Positions 9,526-18,283 of a DNA stretch of 64,000 nucleotides are shown here, one piece after another; the stretch's first letter is position 1, and each line of letters starts with the position of its first letter. Under the pieces are notes generated by a model. The model did no database searches and had not been told where the DNA came from. It was given only the letters and a program-made list of their open reading frames with translations. A program made the translations under genes and the position numbers. Origin of the DNA: an uncultured Nitrososphaerota archaeon (GTDB lineage: Archaea > Thermoproteota > Nitrososphaeria > Nitrososphaerales > Gagatemarchaeaceae); contig CAWISW010000003.1 in the NCBI GenBank assembly GCA_963838925.1, positions 480,001-544,000 of the forward strand. The letters are read 5' to 3'.

Positions 9526-9570
9526 GGCCGTCAAAAGCAAGTCAAAAAGATAAACAGATGGGAATCGTAG

Positions 9571-9879
9571 CTGAAGCTCATCGTCGACCTGGTCCAGAAA
9601 TACGGGATCTCCGGGATGTATCGCAGAGTGAGCGAGACCGCGAGATACGGCGGCCTGACGCGAGGGCAGCGGGCCATCGGCCCTGAGGTGAAGAAGGGTA
9701 TGAAGAAGGACCTCAAGGAGATCCAGGACGGGACCTTCGCGAAGGAGTGGGTCAGCGTTTACAACAAGGAGGGCCAAAAGTCATTCCAGAAGTACATGGA
9801 CAAGCTGGAAGCCCACCAGATCGAGAAGGTGGGGAAGAAACTCCGGAAGATGATGTGGCCCAACGACCAGGTAACCTGA
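9571..9879 (+). pseudogene. ilvC: orphan duplicate of ilvC 3' end (102 codons plus stop)
   Basis: LKLIVDLVQKYGISGMYRRVSETARYGG...MMWPNDQVT*; preceded by in-frame TAG where ilvC has a Glu codon. Confidence 0.93.
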
Positions 9880-9885
9880 CCTGGC

Positions 9886-10452
9886 TCACGCGCCGCTGAT
9901 CGGCGCCTGGACCTCGAGGTTGACAAAGTTCCACGTCTCGCTCGAGATGAGCCACTCTCCGTTGACATGCGCGTACGTTGCGCTTGTGGCCACCTGTCCC
10001 ATTATCGATTGGACATTCTGGCCCCCGCCAAGAAGGTTGAGGGTTCCGTTTACAGTGGCTCCACCACCAACGACCTGGACCGCGTAGGTGACGTTGCTGA
10101 TGGAGAAGCTCGGGAACTTCGTGAAGAACCGAGAGTAGAAGTTGCTGATGAGGCTCGGAGAACTGACGGTTGTCACACCCGGCGTCCCCCCAAGCCCTCT
10201 CGTCTCGCCGACCCACGAAAGCGTCGCGTTGGGTGCGAAGTCGCCCACGAGAAGGGTAGTGTTCGCGGAGGTGAAGTCCACAAGGTGCCGGGCGAACGCC
10301 CCGTGGACCTGTGACGCTGTGGCGGCCGCCTGGGCGTTGTTGTAAAGTGTAAACGCGAAGACACCGCCCAGCACCACGAGCGTGACGACAACCACCGCCA
10401 CCACTCGCCGCAGCCTCCCACGGCCTGCCGAACCCCCGGCGCCCGTGCTCAT
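9886..10452 (-). CDS. membrane-anchored hypothetical protein (possible NTF2/SnoaL-like fold)
   Basis: N-terminal TM; C-terminal NGEWLISSETW strand typical of NTF2-like folds; host codon usage. Confidence 0.65.
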   Translation of the reverse strand: MSTGAGGSAGRGRLRRVVAVVVVTLVVLGGVFAFTLYNNAQAAATASQVHGAFARHLVDFTSANTTLLVGDFAPNATLSWVGETRGLGGTPGVTTVSSPSLISNFYSRFFTKFPSFSISNVTYAVQVVGGGATVNGTLNLLGGGQNVQSIMGQVATSATYAHVNGEWLISSETWNFVNLEVQAPISGA

Positions 10453-10539
10453 CCGCGACGGAGACGCCTCGCTTCTTATTATGGGTGAGGCCGAGAACCC
10501 TTTATTACACTACGGACCCTTTCCCCTACGGCGATTCAT

Positions 10540-10770
10540 GTGATATCCGCCTGCATCCTGATAAGGACGGAGCGAGGGAGGATGGAAGACCTCGCGAAGA
10601 AGCTCAAGCAGATACCCGAGATCAAGAGGGCCTTCCCAGTCTTGGGCCGCTACGACATCGTCGCTGACGTGGAGGCGGCGAACGGGAAGGCGCTCGCTCG
10701 CGCAGTGACGAAGACGATGAGGCTAGGCGGAATCGTGTTCACGGAGACGCTCCCGGAGGTCGAGGAGTGA
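10540..10770 (+). CDS. Lrp/AsnC ligand-binding (RAM) domain protein
   Basis: 76 aa; GRYDI motif, TETL C-terminus. Confidence 0.85.
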   Translation: MISACILIRTERGRMEDLAKKLKQIPEIKRAFPVLGRYDIVADVEAANGKALARAVTKTMRLGGIVFTETLPEVEE

Positions 10771-11000
10771 CCGTGGGGCTCAACGCCTGCATCCTGATCA
10801 AGACCACCCCGCTGGAGGCGAACGACGTCCTCCTAAAGTCGAGGAAGATCAAGGGCGTGAGGAAGGCCTTCTTGGGCTACGGCCGGTACGACATCATCGC
10901 GTTCGGAGAGGCCCCTGACTACTCAGAGCTTCGGAAGATCTCGGAGCGCATCAACGAGATAGCCGGCGTCCGGAGCACCGAGACCCTAGTAGAAGGCTAG
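10767..11000 (+). CDS. Lrp/AsnC ligand-binding (RAM) domain protein
   Basis: 77 aa; GRYDII, IAGVRSTETLV; GTGA overlap with the preceding paralogue. Confidence 0.85.
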   Translation: MTVGLNACILIKTTPLEANDVLLKSRKIKGVRKAFLGYGRYDIIAFGEAPDYSELRKISERINEIAGVRSTETLVEG

Positions 11001-11016
11001 CCAGCGCAACCGGGGC

Positions 11017-12237
11017 TCAGAGGATCTCGGCGAGCAGCAGCTTCGGGTCTTCTATCACGCTGATGACCTTGTTCATGAACCTCGCGGCGTAGGCGCCGTC
11101 GAGGATCCTGTGGTCGAAGCTCAACGACAGGTACATCACGTCTCGAATCTCGACCTTCCCTTCCCTGACCAGCGGCCTCTTCGAGATCTTGTGGGTCCCC
11201 AGAATCGCGGCCTCTGGGTAGTTGATGATGGGCGTCGCGAAGAGGCCCCCCACGGACCCCTGGTTCGTAATCGTGAACGTGGAGCCGTGCACGTCGTCGA
11301 GGGTCAGCTGCCCCGACCTCGCCTTCGCGGCCAGCTGCTGTATCTCCGCGGCGATCTCGAAGACGTCCTTCCTGTCCGCGTCCTTCACCACCGGGACGAC
11401 GAGCCCGTTCTCGGTGTCCGTCGCGATCCCGATGTTGTAGCTCTTCTTCAGGACGATCTCGTTGGTCTGCTCGTCGAGCGTCGAGTTGACGTACGGGAAC
11501 TCCTTCAGCGCCGGGATGACCGCCTTGATCATCAGCGGGAGGAAGGTCAGCTTGACACCGCGCTTCTCAGCGCTCCCCTTGAACGCCTCGCGGAGCAGCA
11601 CGAGCTCCGTCATGTCCGCCTCGTCGACGTGGGTCACCTGGGCGGTCGTGTGGATGGACTTGCTCATCCGCTCCGCGACGATCTTCCTCAAGCCCTTGAC
11701 GGGCACCCTCTCCTCGTTCGGCCTTCCTACGGAGGGTGATGCAGGAGACGTCTGCTGAGGGCTTGTCCTCGCCGGCCCCGCGGCCCTCCTCACGTCCTCC
11801 TCGGTTATCCTCCCAGTCGAGCCAGAGCCACGAACCTTCGAGACGTCGACGCCCAGCTCGCGAGCGAGCTTGCGGGTAGCGGGGGTCGCCAGGACCCCCT
11901 CCGAGGACGCGGCCCCGGCCTGCCTGGGTGCCTGGAACTGCTGGCTGACCGTCACTCCGGGCTTCGACGCCTCCGCGGGCTTTGAAGCGGACGGCTGGTC
12001 TTCCGCTCCCGAGTCGATGACTATTATCACCTGTCCGACTTTTACGGTCTCCCCCTCCTTGGCAAGAATCCTGGACACCTTCCCTGTCCTCGGGGAGGGG
12101 ATCTGCACATTGACCTTGTCGGTCATCACTTCGACGAGCGGCTGCTCCTCTCTGACAGCCTCTCCCTCCTTCACCAACCATTTCAGAATCTCGCCCTCCG
12201 CGATGCCCTCGCCGATGTCGGGAAGTTTGAGATCCAT
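11017..12237 (-). CDS. 2-oxoacid dehydrogenase E2, dihydrolipoamide acyltransferase
   Basis: Lipoyl domain (VMTDKV), E3-binding domain (ATPATRKLARELGVD), catalytic DHRILDG. Confidence 0.96.
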   Translation of the reverse strand: MDLKLPDIGEGIAEGEILKWLVKEGEAVREEQPLVEVMTDKVNVQIPSPRTGKVSRILAKEGETVKVGQVIIVIDSGAEDQPSASKPAEASKPGVTVSQQFQAPRQAGAASSEGVLATPATRKLARELGVDVSKVRGSGSTGRITEEDVRRAAGPARTSPQQTSPASPSVGRPNEERVPVKGLRKIVAERMSKSIHTTAQVTHVDEADMTELVLLREAFKGSAEKRGVKLTFLPLMIKAVIPALKEFPYVNSTLDEQTNEIVLKKSYNIGIATDTENGLVVPVVKDADRKDVFEIAAEIQQLAAKARSGQLTLDDVHGSTFTITNQGSVGGLFATPIINYPEAAILGTHKISKRPLVREGKVEIRDVMYLSLSFDHRILDGAYAARFMNKVISVIEDPKLLLAEIL

Positions 12238-12254
12238 CTATGAATCGCGTCTGC

Positions 12255-13232
12255 CTAGTAGCTTGCGGCCTTTCTAATAGACCTGAGCACTCTCTCAGGA
12301 GAAGGAAGGTAGATGTTCTCGAGCGCGTACGGGAAGGGCGCGTCAATCCCGCCGAGCCGCACTATTGGCGCCTGCAGAGAGTCGATGGCGCGTTCGGCAA
12401 TCTGCGCCGCCAGCTCCCCGCCGAACCCCGAGACCTTCGTGGCCTCGTGCGCGATGACCACCCTCCCGGTCTTCCTCACCGAAGACAGGACCGTCTCGAT
12501 GTCGAACGGCATCAGCGTCCTCATGTCTATGAGCTCCACCGAGATGCTCTCCTTCGAGGCGAGCTCGACCGCGGCCTTGCACGTGTGGACCATCGCCCCC
12601 CAGCTCACGAGCGTGATGCCCGTCCCCTCCTTCAGGACCTTCGCCTTCCCGAAAGGAATGGCAAACTCCTCGTCCTTGGGGAGCTCCTCCTTCACGGTGC
12701 GGTAGACCCGCTTCGGCTCGAGGAACATGACGGGGTCGGAGCCCCTCATCGCAGTGCGGAGGAGGCCCATCGTGTCCGTAGGCGTGGATGGCGTCGCGAC
12801 GAAGAGCCCGGGCGTGTGGGTGAAGTAGGCCTCAGTGCTCTGGGAGTGATAGAGGCCGCCCCTGATGCCGCCCCCGCTGGGCGCCCTGATCACCACGTGG
12901 ACGGGGAAGTGGCCGCCCGACCGGTACCTGAGCTTCGCGAGCTCGCTCACTATCTGGTTGAACCCGGGATAGATGAAGTCGAGGAACTGTATCTCCACCA
13001 CGGGCTCGAGCCCGTTCATCGACATCCCGATCGCCATCCCTATGATGCCGTCCTCGGCAATGGGCGTGTCGATGACCCTCTCCTGGCCGAACTCGTTCTG
13101 GAGGCCGGCCGTCGCCCTGAAGACGCCGCCGTCCTTGCCTATGTCTTCGCCAAGGAGGACGACGTTCCCGTTCCTCCTCATCTCCGTCCTGAGCGTCTCA
13201 TTTACCGTCTGGACGATGTTGGAGATTGTCAA
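12255..13232 (-). CDS. 2-oxoacid dehydrogenase E1 beta subunit
   Basis: TTG start at 13232 overlapping the E1a stop (TTGA); GEDIGKDGGVFRAT, DTPIAE, EIQF, YHSQS. Confidence 0.95.
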   Translation of the reverse strand: MTISNIVQTVNETLRTEMRRNGNVVLLGEDIGKDGGVFRATAGLQNEFGQERVIDTPIAEDGIIGMAIGMSMNGLEPVVEIQFLDFIYPGFNQIVSELAKLRYRSGGHFPVHVVIRAPSGGGIRGGLYHSQSTEAYFTHTPGLFVATPSTPTDTMGLLRTAMRGSDPVMFLEPKRVYRTVKEELPKDEEFAIPFGKAKVLKEGTGITLVSWGAMVHTCKAAVELASKESISVELIDMRTLMPFDIETVLSSVRKTGRVVIAHEATKVSGFGGELAAQIAERAIDSLQAPIVRLGGIDAPFPYALENIYLPSPERVLRSIRKAASY

Positions 13233-14344
13233 AAGGAGCCGGGCTCCTTCTCGTACTCCTCTCCCTTGGGGCCGTTCTCGCCCTCCTCCCTCATGAACTC
13301 CTCGGCCTCCTCGCGTAGGTGCCAGGGCATCTCGGCGAAGACGTCGGTGAAGAGCGTCGATGCCGCGGGCGGAGGGATCCTCTCCCTCTCCTTTACCACC
13401 GCCGACATCTCGGCGTCGACCTGCTCGGCGAGCTTCTTGTTCTCCTGCTCGGAGATTATCCCCTTCTTGATGAGATAGGCGGTGAACCTCGCTATCGGGT
13501 CCCTCTTCTTCCAGAGCTCGACCTCCTCGGAGCTCCTGTAGACCGACGGGTCGTCCGAGGTCGAGTGCCCTCCAATCCTGTAGGTGATCGCCTCGATGAG
13601 CGTCGGTCCCCCGCCTGAGCGGGCCTTGTCGACCGCCGACTTCGTCGCCTTGTAGACGGCGAGGATGTCGTTCCCGTCGATCTGGACGCCCTCGAAGCCG
13701 TAGGCCTCCGCCTTTATCGCGATGCTCTCGGAGGCGGTCTGGCGCCTTGTCGGGAGCGAGATCGCGTACTGGTTGTTCTCGCAGAAGAAGACGACCGGCG
13801 CCTTGTACACGCCCGCGAAGTTCATGGCCGCGTGGAACTCCCCCTGGGAAGTGGCTCCTTCTCCCAACGATGCGAGGACGACAGACTTCTCCCCCCTGAA
13901 CTTCGCCGCGTACGCGACCCCGACCGCGTGGGGAAGCTTTGCGGCGATCGGGCTCGATAACGAGACTATCTTCCACTTGCTGAACCCCCAGTGCACGGGC
14001 ATCTGCCTACCCTTGGCCTCGTCCGCCGAGTTGCCCATTATCTGGTCGAAAAGCGCGCTGAGAGGCACGCCCCTTACAAGGCACGTCCCCGGGTCGCGGT
14101 AGCTTGGGAACGCCCAGTCGATGGGCGTGAGAGTGTACGACATGCCGATCTGGCAAGCCTCCTGTCCGGTAGACTCCATGAAGAATCCGATGCGCCCCTG
14201 CCTCTGCAGGGACATGCCCTTCTCGTTGAACCTCCGCACGGTGAGCATGTACCTCTGCATCTTCAGGAGATCCTCATGGCTGAGGTCTGGTTCTACCTTA
14301 GGATCGAATTCGCCGTCCGCCCTGATTACCTGGAGCATTTCCAC
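13229..14344 (-). CDS. 2-oxoacid dehydrogenase E1 alpha subunit (pyruvate/branched-chain type)
   Basis: QRQGRIGF, GRQMPVH, ThDP motif GEGATSQGEFH...ENNQYAIS, HSTSDDP. Confidence 0.96.
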   Translation of the reverse strand: MEMLQVIRADGEFDPKVEPDLSHEDLLKMQRYMLTVRRFNEKGMSLQRQGRIGFFMESTGQEACQIGMSYTLTPIDWAFPSYRDPGTCLVRGVPLSALFDQIMGNSADEAKGRQMPVHWGFSKWKIVSLSSPIAAKLPHAVGVAYAAKFRGEKSVVLASLGEGATSQGEFHAAMNFAGVYKAPVVFFCENNQYAISLPTRRQTASESIAIKAEAYGFEGVQIDGNDILAVYKATKSAVDKARSGGGPTLIEAITYRIGGHSTSDDPSVYRSSEEVELWKKRDPIARFTAYLIKKGIISEQENKKLAEQVDAEMSAVVKERERIPPPAASTLFTDVFAEMPWHLREEAEEFMREEGENGPKGEEYEKEPGSF

Positions 14345-14420
14345 GCTTGGTCGAGCTCGGCTGTTCTGGCCGGCCGTTTTCTAACAGATAAGAGTTACGA
14401 ATTCTCGGTTCCAACGTTCG

Positions 14421-15326
14421 TTAATCGTTGTGCCTTTGCTTCAGGAGCGAGCCGATGAAAAGCTCCCCCGCCCTGTAGCTCGACCTGACCAGCGGCCCGG
14501 AGGCGACGTACCTGAAGCCGTACTCCTTCTCGCCCACCTGCTTGTAGTGCTCGAAGGTCTCGGGCGAGACGTACTCCGCGACAGGCAGGTGCCGCGCCGA
14601 CGGCCTCAGGTACTGCCCGACCGTCAGGAAGTCCACGCCCGCGCCCCTCAGGTGCATCATCGCGAGCCTCACCTCCTCCTCCTTCTCCCCCAGCCCTAGC
14701 ATTATCGAGGACTTTGTGAACATCTCTCCGTCGAGCTTCTTGATGCTCCTCAACACGGAGAGCGACTGCCAGTATCCTGCGCGGGGGTCCCTGACCCTCC
14801 CGCTCAGGAAGAGCGTCGTCTCGATGTTGTGCGCGATCACGTCTGGCCTCGCCTCGACCACCGTCCTGATCGCGTCTACGTCGTTCTGGAAGTCGGGGAT
14901 GAGCACCTCCACGCGGATGCCCGGGTTCATCTCCTTGGTCGCGCGTATCGTGCGTGCAAAGTGCTCCGCCCCTCCGTCAGGGAGGTCGTCCCTGTCCACA
15001 GACGTGAGGACGACGTAGGAGAGCCCCATCCTCGAAAGAGTGAGCGCGACGTTCTCGGGCTCGAGCGGGTCGGGCGGGCTCCCCTCTGGCCTCCCTGGAG
15101 TGACCATGCAGAACCTGCAGGCCCTCGAGCAGACGTCCCCCATCAGCATCAGCGTCGCCGTGCCGCTCCCCCAGCACTCCGCGACGTTCGGGCAGTGAGC
15201 CTCCTCGCATACGGTGTGCAGCTTGAGCTCTTTGAAAAGCCCCTTGAGCCTCTGGTAGTTCTCTCCCTCGTCCGCCACGGCGGTCGGGGGGAGCACCGTG
15301 AGCCACTGCGGCTTTGGTTCCATCAA
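14421..15326 (-). CDS. lipA: lipoyl synthase
   Basis: CEEAHCPNVAEC auxiliary cluster motif, CSRACRFC radical SAM motif, RSSY. Confidence 0.97.
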   Translation of the reverse strand: MMEPKPQWLTVLPPTAVADEGENYQRLKGLFKELKLHTVCEEAHCPNVAECWGSGTATLMLMGDVCSRACRFCMVTPGRPEGSPPDPLEPENVALTLSRMGLSYVVLTSVDRDDLPDGGAEHFARTIRATKEMNPGIRVEVLIPDFQNDVDAIRTVVEARPDVIAHNIETTLFLSGRVRDPRAGYWQSLSVLRSIKKLDGEMFTKSSIMLGLGEKEEEVRLAMMHLRGAGVDFLTVGQYLRPSARHLPVAEYVSPETFEHYKQVGEKEYGFRYVASGPLVRSSYRAGELFIGSLLKQRHND

Positions 15327-15366
15327 CGCGATGCGGCGCCCCTTTGCTACGCAGTCTTTAGCTTAG

Positions 15367-15789
15367 CTAGGGAGCGACCTTGAGCTTTATGATCCCGCTG
15401 TCGGGCGGGAGGCTCCCGAGACACGCGTAGCATCCCTCGGTCTTGAAGCCCGGCTCGAGCTCTTCGTGAAGCGCGCACAAGGTGTGGTTGAACCTGACGT
15501 AGTCGCAGACCTCGGTCATCAGACGGAGCGCCTCCCGCTGGTCCGGCCTCTCCGATGCCAGCAACTGGGCGACCTGGTCGGCCGCCTTTGCGATGTTCTC
15601 GTCGATCTCGAGGTCTAGCATCATCCCCCTCGCCTTGCGAGCGTAGTTGCTCACGGACGCCTGCGTCACTCCCAGACGAGTGGCGACCTCCTGCTGCGTG
15701 AGGTTGTAGTTCTCGGTGAGCCTCTTCGAGACCATGGCCCTGAAGGCCGGAAGCGCCGATTTCGACACTATCTCGTAGGGATGAATCAA
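15367..15789 (-). CDS. HTH transcriptional regulator with C-terminal Cys/His motif
   Basis: PYE...LPAFRA, TQQEVATRLGVTQASVSNY, C-terminal C..H...CYAC; divergent from ilvB. Confidence 0.85.
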   Translation of the reverse strand: MIHPYEIVSKSALPAFRAMVSKRLTENYNLTQQEVATRLGVTQASVSNYARKARGMMLDLEIDENIAKAADQVAQLLASERPDQREALRLMTEVCDYVRFNHTLCALHEELEPGFKTEGCYACLGSLPPDSGIIKLKVAP

Positions 15790-15893
15790 GCGAGCTCAAT
15801 ATCAGGCCGTTATATTTAAGTCTGACCGGGTTCTGCGTGGCCCACCCAAGTCGCCCGATGACCAAGCAGAACCGAAGAAAGAAGTCACCACCC

Positions 15894-15901
15894 TTAAATA
15901 T
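15894..15901 (+). promoter_or_regulatory. TATA box of the ilvB-leu operon
   Basis: TTAAATAT with purine-rich sequence upstream; predicts a start site near 15923-15925. Confidence 0.6.
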
Positions 15902-15924
15902 CAGTGGAGGTCGAAGGGGTATTA

Positions 15925-16008
15925 ATGCAACGCATCAGCAACGGCAGCTCGAGTCTAGGGTCCTTTTCACTCGACAGCATGACGGTTGCGTTGTTAGTTT
16001 TAGTCTAG
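15925..16008 (+). CDS. putative leader peptide MQRISNGSSSLGSFSLDSMTVALLVLV
   Basis: ATG at the predicted start site; ends GTT GCG TTG TTA GTT TTA GTC TAG; second in-frame ATG at 15979. Confidence 0.55.
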   Translation: MQRISNGSSSLGSFSLDSMTVALLVLV

Positions 16009-16076
16009 CGCCTCGCTCAGAGGTCTTTGCATATGCGAGGCATTACTCGAGGTTTCAATCTTGGTGAATCCATAGA

Positions 16077-17801
16077 ATGACAGAAAAGATGTCCGGCGCG
16101 CGCGCCGCAGTGGAGGCTCTGGAGCGGGAGAAGGTGGAGTACATCTTCGGGATGCCCGGAGGAGCCAACCTTCCGTTCTATGACGCCCTCTGGGATTCGA
16201 AGATCAAGCACGTCCTGGTTAGGCACGAGCAGCTTGCCGCACACATGGCCGACGCCTACGGCAGGGTGTCGAGGAAGGCAGGAGTCTGCTCCGCGACCTC
16301 AGGGCCAGGCGCGACGAACCTGATAACCGGCATCGCGACGGCCTACGCCGACTCCTCCCCGGTCGTTGCGATAACTGGCCAGGTCCCGAAGGCCATGACG
16401 GGCAGGAACGCATTCCAGGAGACCGACATCGTTGGGATAGCGACCCCCGTGACAAAGTACACCCTCCAACCGCTCTCTCCTGCCGAGGTCCCCTTCGCGG
16501 TGAAGGAGGCCTTCTACCTTGCGACCACCGGCAGGCCGGGCCCGGTGCTCCTCGACCTCCCCAAGGACGTACAGCAGGACGAGGCGGAGATGACCTTCCC
16601 CGAAAGCGTCACCGTGCGAGCGTACAGGCCCAACGTCCCCGTCGACGTCCAGGACGTCGAGCGAGCCGCCGCGATGATAGTCAAGTCGGAGAGGCCGATA
16701 TTCTGGGGAGGCGGCGGTGTCAGGATCGCCGACGCCGCGCAGCCCTTCGCGGCCCTCGCAGAGCTGCTGATGGCCCCGGTCATCACGACCCTCCAGGGGA
16801 AGGGCGACTTCCCGGAGGACCACCCGCTCTCCCTCGGACCGATAGGCATGCACGGGCGTGCGGAGGCGAACAGGCTTGTCTCCGAGTGCGACCTCCTGGT
16901 CGCAGTCGGCGTCAGGTTCTCGGACCGCTCCACCGGGAACTTCAACGAGTTCGCCCCGAGCGCCAAGATAATCCACATCGACGCCGACCCCACCGAGTTC
17001 AACAAGAACAGGATGGTGGACCTCTCGATACTCGGCGACGCGAACCAGGTCCTGGCGATGCTCTTCGACGCGGTCGCGAAGAAGCTGGCGAAGAGCAGGG
17101 ACCCGAACAACAACCCGTGGCTCAAGCGCGTGAACGACGTCCGCGAAGAGCTGAAGGGGATCCCCGCCTACAAGGACTCCTACGCGGAGCTGTCAGGGCC
17201 CAAGATCGTCAAGAGGCTGAGGGACATCCTCCCCCCCGACGCGATACTCACTACGGGCGTGGGCAGGCACCAGATGTGGTGCGAGATCCACTACAAGGTC
17301 CTCAGGCCGAGGACCTGGATAACGTCGACCGGGCTCGGGACGATGGGCTTCGGCCTGCCCGCCGCAGTCGGCGCGAAGTTCGCGCAGCCTGACGTGCCGG
17401 TCGTGGACTTCGACGGCGACGGGAGCTTCGTCATGACCGAGCAGGCGCTCGCAACGGCAGTGGAGGAGAGGCTCCCGATAGTCACGGTCATCCTCAACGA
17501 CCGCAGCCTCGGGATGGTCGAGCAGTGGCAGAGGCTCATGTACAACAGGCACTTCATAGGGATCAAGTTCCCCAACGTCCCCGACTTTGTGAAGCTGGCG
17601 GAGGCGTACGGCGCCCACGGAAAGACCGTGGGCTCGCTCGACGAGTTCGCAAAGGCGATGCGCGAGGGGCTCAGGATGGAGGGGCCGACGGTCATCGAGG
17701 TCCCGGTCTCGCCGGAGGAAGACGTCTTCCCCTTCCTCCCCCCAGGCAAGGGCATCAAGGACACGGTCTACGGCTCGTCGAAGGAGATGGCGGTCTTTTG
17801 A
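16077..17801 (+). CDS. ilvB: acetolactate synthase large subunit
   Basis: FGMPGGA, RHEQ, TSGPGATN, GLGTMGFGLPAA, DGDGSF; GGTGA SD at 16063. Confidence 0.97.
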   Translation: MTEKMSGARAAVEALEREKVEYIFGMPGGANLPFYDALWDSKIKHVLVRHEQLAAHMADAYGRVSRKAGVCSATSGPGATNLITGIATAYADSSPVVAITGQVPKAMTGRNAFQETDIVGIATPVTKYTLQPLSPAEVPFAVKEAFYLATTGRPGPVLLDLPKDVQQDEAEMTFPESVTVRAYRPNVPVDVQDVERAAAMIVKSERPIFWGGGGVRIADAAQPFAALAELLMAPVITTLQGKGDFPEDHPLSLGPIGMHGRAEANRLVSECDLLVAVGVRFSDRSTGNFNEFAPSAKIIHIDADPTEFNKNRMVDLSILGDANQVLAMLFDAVAKKLAKSRDPNNNPWLKRVNDVREELKGIPAYKDSYAELSGPKIVKRLRDILPPDAILTTGVGRHQMWCEIHYKVLRPRTWITSTGLGTMGFGLPAAVGAKFAQPDVPVVDFDGDGSFVMTEQALATAVEERLPIVTVILNDRSLGMVEQWQRLMYNRHFIGIKFPNVPDFVKLAEAYGAHGKTVGSLDEFAKAMREGLRMEGPTVIEVPVSPEEDVFPFLPPGKGIKDTVYGSSKEMAVF

Positions 17802-18283
17802 CCAGGTCGTCTAAGGTCCTCTCGACGCTGGTCGAGAACAAGCCTGGGACTCTGTTCCGCGTGGTCCACCTCGTAAGGCTGATGCGCCTCAACGTCGAGG
17901 GGCTCACGCTGGGCGTCACCAACGGAGGGGCGGACTGCAGGATGACCATGACCCTGAGCGGAGACGACGCCGCCATCGAGCACGTCGCAAAGCAGCTCAT
18001 GAAGGTCATCGACATCCTCGAGGCCCACACCTACGGGCCAGAGGAGGTCACCGCGAGGGAGCTCGCGCTGGTAAAGATCAACACGGACAAGATCTCCGTC
18101 GCAGAGATACAGAGGAACACAGGCTGCAGGATCGTCGACTCTTCCAAGCACTCGGTGGTCGCCGAGATTGTCGGTTCCGCCAAGCAGATCGACGAGTTCG
18201 TGGAGAGGCTCGGGGAGTCCAACGTCCTCGACATCGCGAGGACGGGGGTCGCGGCGCTGCCCAAGGAGACGACGTCGCGATGA
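17798..18283 (+). CDS. ilvH: acetolactate synthase small (regulatory ACT) subunit
   Basis: TTG start overlapping the ilvB stop; LVENKPGTL, RELALVK, IARTGVAAL. Confidence 0.9.
   Translation: MTRSSKVLSTLVENKPGTLFRVVHLVRLMRLNVEGLTLGVTNGGADCRMTMTLSGDDAAIEHVAKQLMKVIDILEAHTYGPEEVTARELALVKINTDKISVAEIQRNTGCRIVDSSKHSVVAEIVGSAKQIDEFVERLGESNVLDIARTGVAALPKETTSR

Larger units (their letters stand above)
3372..9570. mobile_element. accessory cassette/island bounded by a duplicated ilvC 3' end
   Basis: Visibly lower GC and different codon usage from the flanks; flanked by the ilvC-tail direct repeat; no integrase or transposase recognised. Confidence 0.7.

Noticed and set aside
9093-9686. 197-aa ORF as an intact gene
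   Set aside because: Chance read-through joining the YVTN gene end, the tes tail and an off-frame ilvC tail
13233-13976. N-terminal extension of the 573-aa E1 beta ORF
   Set aside because: Off-frame shadow of E1 alpha; homology starts at TTG 13232
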